In this document: one piece after another, positions 57,547 to 64,000 of the stretch | How the letters are laid out: every line of letters starts with the position of its first letter | Numbering within the stretch: position 1 is the first letter of the stretch | DNA from: Dehalococcoidia bacterium | GTDB taxonomy: Bacteria > Chloroflexota > Dehalococcoidia > Bin125 | Direction: 5' to 3' | NCBI GenBank assembly: GCA_963663895.2 | Contig: CAXXRD010000001.1 | Span: forward strand, 544,001-608,000 | DNA length: 64,000 bases | Made by a program: the position numbers and the translations under genes | The notes under the pieces: generated by a model | What the model was told of the DNA's origin: nothing | Seen by the model: the letters and a program-made list of their open reading frames with translations, nothing else | Databases searched by the model: none

Positions 57547-58002
57547 ATGCACAGGCTCATGCTGATCCAACTCAACCACGACGACCCCAATCACTTCCGC
57601 GTCATCGCCGATAGCGCAGACGATTCCGTGTCGGAAGCGAGCCCGGCCGCCGTCCCAGCCGCCGCCGGCGGCGCCGGCTGGGAAGAGTTCGATGACTCCA
57701 CAGGCTTCAGCAGTCCGTATGCCACCGTGCCCTGTGAAGGCAAAGTCAGTGATCTCGGCTATTGGTACGTGAACAAGACCGGCAACGTCCTGGACTATGA
57801 CTTCGTCGCGGCGGGCCTATCCGAACGCAAGGTGATCACGAGCGGCGAGCTGCACGCCGAATACAACGGGCGGCGCTACGTCGCGAAGGCCGGCGACAGC
57901 ATGCTGTTCCTCACCGATCCCGAGGAAGACCAACCCTTCCTCGTCCGCTTCCTCGGCGACCACGAGTGCACCATCGTCTACACGGAGTACGCTCTGCCCT
58001 AG
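57547..58002 (+). CDS. Cupin-like hypothetical protein
   Basis: E-x-KVITSGEL...AKAGDSMLF beta-barrel pattern without the usual His metal ligands. Confidence 0.6.
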   Translation: MHRLMLIQLNHDDPNHFRVIADSADDSVSEASPAAVPAAAGGAGWEEFDDSTGFSSPYATVPCEGKVSDLGYWYVNKTGNVLDYDFVAAGLSERKVITSGELHAEYNGRRYVAKAGDSMLFLTDPEEDQPFLVRFLGDHECTIVYTEYALP

Positions 58003-58038
58003 CCGCGCGCATAACGAGGACGGGGACGGGAAAGCGAA

Positions 58039-59604
58039 ATGACTGCGGATTGGATCGTCGTCGGCGGGGGCCATAACGGCCTCACCTGCGCCGCCTACCT
58101 GAGCAAGGCCGGCGAGGACGTTCTCGTGCTGGAACGGCGCGACGTCCTGGGCGGCTGCGGCACGAGCGAGCCAGCAATCCCCGAACTCCCCGGCTTCACC
58201 TTCAATCCCGGTGCCTTCGACTTGCTGGGAATCCGGGAGCAACCGTTCTTTCACGACCTCGAACTCGAGAAGAACGGCCTCGAACTGCTGACAGTGGAGC
58301 CGATGTTCCTCATGCCGTTCCCCGACGGCCACCGCATCTTCTTCTGGCGTGACCTGCACCGAACCGCCGAGGAGATCGCAACCGTCTCGCCCCGCGACGC
58401 CGAGCGCTACGTCACCTGGGTCGAGTTCTGGGCGCAAGCCTTCGAGATGCTCGATCCCATCAACACCGGCGCGCCGCCCTCGTTCGCCGCCATGGCCTCG
58501 CTCATGGAGGACTCGCCCGAGGTCGAGGAGCTGCTGCGCGTCATGATGATGCCCGCCCGGCAGTACATCTACGAAACGTTCGATTCCACGCAGATGCAGG
58601 GGCTCGGCGCCTTCATGGCGCTCCAGACCAAGAGCTCGCTGGACCAACCTGGCTCGGCGCTCGCGATGACCGAGCTCGTCATGAGCCACTACGGAGGCGT
58701 CTACCGGCCCCGGGGAGGCATCGGGCAGGTCTCCGCCGCCGTCGCGCGCGCCTTGCAATCGTACGGGGGACGCATTCAGCCCGAAGCCGCCGTCGCCGAA
58801 CTTCTCGTGCAGGACGGCCGCGTCCGCGGGGTGCGGCTCGACGACGGCGAGCGGCTGGAGGCCCGCAAGGGCGTCGTCACGGCGATCGCGCCCCAGACGG
58901 TGTTCCTCGAGATGATCGCGCAGGAGCACCTAGAGCAAGCCTTCTTGCACCGCGTCCGCCATCTGCAGAACGACAACACCGCCGTCATCAAGGCCTATTA
59001 CGCGCTCTCCGCGCCGCCGCAGTTCTCGCCCGTGGGCGACGACGGCAGCCGGCCTGAGTTCCGCATCCCCGCCGCGATGATCACGCCCAGCGTGGACTAC
59101 GCGGACGCCATGTGGGCGGAGATCCGGCGTCGCGAGATCCCCGCGCACCCCTGGATCTGGTGCACGTTCTCGACGGGGCTCGACCCCAGCATGGCGCCGC
59201 CGGGACAGCACGCCCTGGGCCTGCACTGCTGGGTGCCCTATGAACTCGCCGATCAGCGCGACTGGGACGAGGCCAAAGAGGAAGCCGCGATGCGCATGTT
59301 CGACACCTACTGCGCGTACGCGCCCAACCTCAAGGACAAGCTGCTCGGCTGGGCGGCGCGGACGCCAAAGGACTGGGAGCAGATCGTCGGCATTCCCAAG
59401 GGCAACAACTTCCACATCGACATGGTGCCGCACCAGGTCTTCGGCTTCCGGCCGCTGCCGGAACTCTCGAACTACCGGACCCCGATCGGCGGACTCTATC
59501 TGACCGGAGCCGGCACCCATCCCGGTCCGGCGATTACCGGCCTCCCAGGGCACAACACGGCTCAAGAGATCCTGCGCGACCTGGGGAAGGTGGAGGACGA
59601 CTAG
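58039..59604 (+). CDS. Phytoene-dehydrogenase-like FAD-dependent oxidoreductase
   Basis: VGGGHNGL, LERR..LGG, YRTPIGGLYLTGAGTHPG. Confidence 0.9.
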   Translation: MTADWIVVGGGHNGLTCAAYLSKAGEDVLVLERRDVLGGCGTSEPAIPELPGFTFNPGAFDLLGIREQPFFHDLELEKNGLELLTVEPMFLMPFPDGHRIFFWRDLHRTAEEIATVSPRDAERYVTWVEFWAQAFEMLDPINTGAPPSFAAMASLMEDSPEVEELLRVMMMPARQYIYETFDSTQMQGLGAFMALQTKSSLDQPGSALAMTELVMSHYGGVYRPRGGIGQVSAAVARALQSYGGRIQPEAAVAELLVQDGRVRGVRLDDGERLEARKGVVTAIAPQTVFLEMIAQEHLEQAFLHRVRHLQNDNTAVIKAYYALSAPPQFSPVGDDGSRPEFRIPAAMITPSVDYADAMWAEIRRREIPAHPWIWCTFSTGLDPSMAPPGQHALGLHCWVPYELADQRDWDEAKEEAAMRMFDTYCAYAPNLKDKLLGWAARTPKDWEQIVGIPKGNNFHIDMVPHQVFGFRPLPELSNYRTPIGGLYLTGAGTHPGPAITGLPGHNTAQEILRDLGKVEDD

Positions 59605-59608
59605 TCAC

Positions 59609-60064
59609 GTGCCTACCGCTCAGCGCACCTTCGAAGTGCAGGCCCCCGCCGCCACGGTCTGGGCCTTCCTCAGCAACCTCGAGCGCCTCGGCCCCTGCTT
59701 GCCGGGCTGTACGGGCGTCGATCTCCTCTCGCCGACGGAGGCGGACTGGCGGATGGAGACGAAGATCGGCTTCATCCGCAAGCGCTTCGTGGTGCGCACC
59801 AGGACGACCACGCTGGAAGAGCCGGCGCACGCGGCTTGGACCGGTGAATCGGACGACCTCACCGCGAGTGGGACGATCGATGTGCGCCCGCGCGCGCCGG
59901 ACCGCACGGAAGTCACCTACCGCGGCACGGTCAAGGGGCAGGGCCCGGCCCGGCAGCTGCTCAATCGCTACTTCAAGTCCCGTCTGGACCGCGATATCGA
60001 CGCCTTCGTCGCCAACGTGCGCGCCGCCTTGCAGCCAGAAGCCGCGCCTGCCTCAGATCCCTGA
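59609..60064 (+). CDS. CoxG/SRPBCC-family protein
   Basis: VWAFLSN...CLPGC pattern and size. Confidence 0.8.
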   Translation: MPTAQRTFEVQAPAATVWAFLSNLERLGPCLPGCTGVDLLSPTEADWRMETKIGFIRKRFVVRTRTTTLEEPAHAAWTGESDDLTASGTIDVRPRAPDRTEVTYRGTVKGQGPARQLLNRYFKSRLDRDIDAFVANVRAALQPEAAPASDP

Positions 60065-60065
60065 C

Positions 60066-61364
60066 GTGGCGCAACCAGCGACCACGCTTCTCCTCTGGTG
60101 GTGGGGCGAAGACGAAGCCCCCGGCCTCGGCCGCTGGTTGCACAAGACGATCGAAGCGTTCCAGACCGCAACCCCCGGCGTCCGCGTGAAGGCGGATCTC
60201 GAAGAGGGCTGGGAGGTCGTGGACCGCTTCACCAAAGCGGCAGCGGCGCGGCAGCCGCCCGACCTCCAGTACTTCTGGAACGGCAGCTACCACATCGAAA
60301 ACGCCTGGCGCGGCTACATCGCCCCCCTCGAGCCGTTGATCCCAGCCAGCGAACTCGAACGGATGGGGAGCACGCCACTGAGTACCTACCGGAGCCAGAC
60401 GTTCCGGGCGGGCTGGTACCTGATTCCCGTCGTGTGGCTGGTCAACCGGCGCATTCTCCTCCAGTCGGGGGTCGACGCGGACGCCATCCCCCCGCGAACT
60501 TGGGACGATCTGCTGGCGCAGTGCGAGCAGGTCAAAGCCGCGGGCCACATCCCCATCGAAACCGGTGATCTTGAGGGGGATTTCAGCGTGTGGTGGCTGA
60601 CCCACTTCCTCGTGCAACAGTTCGACAGGCCGCGAGACGCCGGGCAACTGTTCCTCGGAGGGCTCGACTGGCGCGATCCGCCCCACTACGCCCACTGGGA
60701 CATGCTCAAGACGGTCTGGGAGGCCGGCTACATCAACGCCGACGCGCCGACAACCGACCTCTGGGAGGCCGTGCGCCGCTTCAGCGAAGGGCAGGGGGCG
60801 TTCACGCTGGCTTCGGGCCCGATGTTCCCCGCTTGCGAGCGGGCCCTCGGCGACGACGTGATCGTTGCCGTGGCGCCGGTCGCAGGCGGCGGCGCGCTGG
60901 CGGGGCTGCCCATCATCGACACGCAGGGGCTCGGCATCGCCAGTGACAGCGATCATCAGGAGGAAGCGGCGCGCTTCCTCCGCTTCCTGCACCGCACGGA
61001 GCAGCTGGATCGTCTCTGGGAGGAACTTCGCCTCCTGCCCGCGAACACGGCTTGGGGCGGAGGGGAACGGATCGCACACCCGGAGTACCGCAAGATGTGG
61101 GACGGGTTCGTCCGTGGTCCGGCGACGCTGTACCTGCCCGACCTGATGCCGGTCTACTTCCACTTCGAAGGCATGGCGCCGCTGGGGAGACGGATCATGG
61201 CCGGCGAACTGGACGGCGCTGGCGCCGCCGCCCATGCCGCCGAGGTGACGCGCCAGTGGCGCGCACGAACCAGCGACGAGGTGGAGCACTACCGGGTATG
61301 GATCGAGGGGCTGCCAGCCGAGACTCCCGATCGGGATACGGGGACACGAGGAACGCCTCCGTGA
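60066..61364 (+). CDS. Family-1 (sugar-type) solute-binding protein lacking a signal peptide
   Basis: PPDL, PPRTWDDLL..C...KAAG..P, EEAARFLRFL; begins directly at the first beta strand. Confidence 0.75.
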   Translation: MAQPATTLLLWWWGEDEAPGLGRWLHKTIEAFQTATPGVRVKADLEEGWEVVDRFTKAAAARQPPDLQYFWNGSYHIENAWRGYIAPLEPLIPASELERMGSTPLSTYRSQTFRAGWYLIPVVWLVNRRILLQSGVDADAIPPRTWDDLLAQCEQVKAAGHIPIETGDLEGDFSVWWLTHFLVQQFDRPRDAGQLFLGGLDWRDPPHYAHWDMLKTVWEAGYINADAPTTDLWEAVRRFSEGQGAFTLASGPMFPACERALGDDVIVAVAPVAGGGALAGLPIIDTQGLGIASDSDHQEEAARFLRFLHRTEQLDRLWEELRLLPANTAWGGGERIAHPEYRKMWDGFVRGPATLYLPDLMPVYFHFEGMAPLGRRIMAGELDGAGAAAHAAEVTRQWRARTSDEVEHYRVWIEGLPAETPDRDTGTRGTPP

Positions 61365-61807
61365 GCGACCACGGCGCCGACATTCGCCAAATGCTCGAGG
61401 CCTTCTGGGTGAGCGACTGGAAGAAGGCCATGGCCTTCTTCGCGGATGACGCGATCTACGAGGACCCATTGCTCTCCGAGCCCGCCCGCGGCAAGGAGGC
61501 GATCCTGGCCGTGTTCCAGTACTGCCACCAATGGGGACGGCTGGAGGGAGAGATCCGCAGCTGCTTCAGCGGCGACGGCTTCGCGGTCGCCGAGCTTCGG
61601 ATCCGAGGCACCATGATCGCGCCGGCCGAAGGGATGCCGCCCGCAGTCGTGGGGCGGCGGTTCGACTTCGCGGAGGCGGACGTGTTCGAGCTCGACCCCG
61701 CCGGCAAGATCGTGCGGGAGACGATCTACCCAGACGTCTACACTTTCCTGCGCCAGATCGGCCTGGAGTCCGGCCACGGGAGTGACGCGGGGGAGGGAAA
61801 CCCCTGA
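61361..61807 (+). CDS. NTF2/SnoaL-like protein
   Basis: FFADDAIYEDP...GKEAI, DVFE...GKI...YPD. Confidence 0.82.
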   Translation: MSDHGADIRQMLEAFWVSDWKKAMAFFADDAIYEDPLLSEPARGKEAILAVFQYCHQWGRLEGEIRSCFSGDGFAVAELRIRGTMIAPAEGMPPAVVGRRFDFAEADVFELDPAGKIVRETIYPDVYTFLRQIGLESGHGSDAGEGNP

Positions 61808-62853
61808 AAGCGGCACGCCTCCACAGCTATCGCGAGCCCTTGCGCCTGGAGGACGTGCCCGTCCCCGAGCCGCAAGCGGACGAGGTCCTGGTGCGCGTGG
61901 CCGGCGCCGGCGTCTGTCACTCCGACCTCTACGTCATCGATGGCGAGCTCTCCGAATACGTCTCGCTGCCGGTGACCATGGGGCACGAGATCGCCGGCTG
62001 GATCGCGAAGCCCGGACCGCGAGCCGGCGGCCTCATCCCCGGCGAGGCGGTGGCGGTGATGGTGGGGTGGGGGTGCGGCGCCTGTGAGTGGTGCATTACC
62101 GGACACGAGCAGATCTGCCCGCGCGGGAACGAGGCGGGCAGCACGATGGACGGCGGCTTCGCGGAGTACGTGCTGGTGCCCCACCCGCGGCACCTGGTCC
62201 CGCTGGGAACGCTCGACCCGATCGACGCCGCTCCGCTCGGCGACGCGGGCATCTCATCCTATGCGGCGGTGCGGCGCGTGCGCCCCTACCTCATGGGCGG
62301 CGCCGCGATCGTGATCATCGGCGTGGGCGGGCTGGGGCAGATGGCGGTGCAGATCGCGCGCACGCTCAGCGGCGCCCGCATCATCGCCGTCGATCGGCGG
62401 GCGGAGCAGCTCCAGCGCGCCCGGGACCTCGGCGCGGACGAGACGTTGGAAGCCGGCGACGGCGCCGCTGACCGCATCAAGGATCTGACCGGCGGCGAAG
62501 GCGCGCATGCCGTGCTCGACTTCGTCGGCACGGACGAGAGCCTGCAGCTCGCCGTCCAGATCGTGCGGCAGCGCGGCATCGTCGCGATGCTAGGGCTGGC
62601 CGGCGGCACGGTCCCCTTCGGCTTCTACACGCAAGCGCCCGAGGCCGTGCTGACGACCATTTACGCGGGCACCCGCGCCGACCTGGATGGCGTGGTCGCC
62701 CTGGCGCGCGCCGGCCGCATCGAGAGTCAGGTGACCCGCTACCCGCTGGACGACGTCAACGCTGCCCTCGACGACCTGCGCGCGGGACGCGTCAGCGGAC
62801 GCGCCGTGCTGGTGCCCTCGCAGCCGGACGCGAGCCCGCGACCCGATCGCTAG
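61804..62853 (+). CDS. Zinc-dependent alcohol dehydrogenase (probable CTG start)
   Basis: (M)KAARLH N-terminus, GVCHSD, GHE, CGACEWC...C, GVGGLG. Confidence 0.92.
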   Translation: MKAARLHSYREPLRLEDVPVPEPQADEVLVRVAGAGVCHSDLYVIDGELSEYVSLPVTMGHEIAGWIAKPGPRAGGLIPGEAVAVMVGWGCGACEWCITGHEQICPRGNEAGSTMDGGFAEYVLVPHPRHLVPLGTLDPIDAAPLGDAGISSYAAVRRVRPYLMGGAAIVIIGVGGLGQMAVQIARTLSGARIIAVDRRAEQLQRARDLGADETLEAGDGAADRIKDLTGGEGAHAVLDFVGTDESLQLAVQIVRQRGIVAMLGLAGGTVPFGFYTQAPEAVLTTIYAGTRADLDGVVALARAGRIESQVTRYPLDDVNAALDDLRAGRVSGRAVLVPSQPDASPRPDR

Positions 62854-63332
62854 GCTTCCACGATCTCGAAAAAGCAGAGGGGGTTGCCGTCGGGATCGTA
62901 GAGATAGGTCGTGTAGCTCTCCACCCCGTCCAGGAGGTAGTGCTGCGGATCCGCCACCACATCGACGCCCGCCGCGCGCAGCTCGGCGACCACCGCGACG
63001 CTGTCCCGCAGCGCGAACGGGACGATCGCGACGCCCGGGTCGGAGAAGGGCCGCTTGGGGCCCGGCGGACGCTTGGGCTGCACGTACTCGATCAGCTCCA
63101 GCTTGGAGCCGTCCTGCGCCTGCAGGAACGCGACCTTGATCCGCGCGCCGGGGATGCCGCAGACCCGCTCGTGGTAGGCGTCCCAGCGGGCCTGCTCGGC
63201 CGCATCCCATCCCGCGCCGGCGCCCTTCACCTCCACCACCTCCATCCCCAAGAGATCGCGGTAGAAGCCCAAGGCCCGATCCAGATCGCTGACCGTGAGG
63301 GCGGTGGTGTCGACGCCAGTGACGAGCGGCAT
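62850..63332 (-). CDS. VOC/glyoxalase-family protein
   Basis: VSDLDRALGFYRDLLG, LELIEY, YLYDPDGN. Confidence 0.88.
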   Translation of the reverse strand: MPLVTGVDTTALTVSDLDRALGFYRDLLGMEVVEVKGAGAGWDAAEQARWDAYHERVCGIPGARIKVAFLQAQDGSKLELIEYVQPKRPPGPKRPFSDPGVAIVPFALRDSVAVVAELRAAGVDVVADPQHYLLDGVESYTTYLYDPDGNPLCFFEIVEA

Positions 63333-63615
63333 GGCCAAACCTCCAGGACGCCAGGCTAGCAAAGTGCCCCCGCCGCGACTCGGCGCGCGGGCGGCCACTC
63401 AGCCCGACCGAGGCCTAAAGGGGGTTCCAATCCGCGATGGCGCGCCCTGAATCGAGCGCTTTAGCCTGCCAAGATCAGCCGCAGCGTAGTGCGGGCCACC
63501 GGCTCAGTTAGTGGAGCAGCTTTTGTCCACCTCTTGAGAGACCGCCGGGCGGCAGGGTCAAGTAGCGTGGTAATTAATCCCTATAGTCCCCTTATCGAGA
63601 GCATGGGAGGGGATC

Positions 63616-64000
63616 GTGGCGAGCATATTCACGGCGATCGATGTTGAGACAGCGAATCCCAACATGTCATCGATCTGCTCCATCGGCGCAGCAACATTTG
63701 AGGACGGCAGGTTGGCGGGGGAGTGGTACTCGCTCATCAACCCTCGCGATTGGTTCTCACCGATCAACACAGCAATACACGGAATCGGCGAGAACGATGT
63801 CGAAGGGGCCAGAACGTTCGGCGACGCGCTGCACGAGCTTCGCGACGTGATGGACGGTTGCGTGGTCGTACATCACACGCACTTCGATCGTACGGCGATA
63901 GCGCAGGCCGCGCAGCGTTGGGGCGTTGACATTCCTGACTGCATCTGGCTTGACTCCGCCCGCGTTGCGCGCCGGGCTTGGACGGAAGTCTCGCGACGCG
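63616..64000 (+). CDS. DEDD 3'-5' exonuclease (DnaQ-like), 5' part, runs off window end
   Basis: Manual translation from GTG: ASIFTAIDVETANPNMSSICSIG...LINP...IHGI...HTHFD. Confidence 0.88.
   Translation, partial: MASIFTAIDVETANPNMSSICSIGAATFEDGRLAGEWYSLINPRDWFSPINTAIHGIGENDVEGARTFGDALHELRDVMDGCVVVHHTHFDRTAIAQAAQRWGVDIPDCIWLDSARVARRAWTEVSRR

Noticed and set aside
58039-59604. Carotenoid biosynthesis (crtI)
   Set aside because: No crtB or crtE nearby; the context is catabolic and the family includes many non-carotenoid oxidoreductases.
63490-63545. tRNA-like GCTCAGTT segment
   Set aside because: No T-loop, anticodon arm or acceptor pairing could be built.

Overview
High-GC bacterial chromosome segment, most consistent with Chloroflexota (Dehalococcoidia-like; inferred from the DnaN sequence style, LLM/F420-type enzymes and Tat-lipoprotein ABC binding proteins). 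1-18.7 kb is core genome: the 5' end of dnaN, an HTH-regulator-led tetrapyrrole/siroheme operon (sirC-like, hemA, hemC, cobA-hemD, hemB, HAD, hemL), the rib operon (ribD with a GNAT-like extension, ribE, ribBA, ribH), an ECF sigma/anti-sigma pair, lepB, pyrE and tRNA-Lys(UUU). An accessory region follows the tRNA. It holds an att-bounded islet with an archaeal-type PEP carboxylase and a His/Asp-repeat protein, a Fur/Zur-box-controlled Cys-tailed oxidoreductase, and recombinase and protease relics. It also holds a module of two output-less 4x-Cache proteins, an NCS2 permease with a C-terminal extension, and a binding protein that shares a 390-bp N-terminal cassette in inverted orientation. Redox and hydrolase genes and a DsbA-like lipoprotein with an in-frame TGA in its CxxC motif (probable selenoprotein, split by the ORF track) come next. 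46.9-63.3 kb is an uncharacterised catabolic/ABC-uptake cluster, and the window ends in a partial DEDD exonuclease. Several genes appear to use non-canonical start codons. All calls are by-eye motif recognition; no database searches were run.
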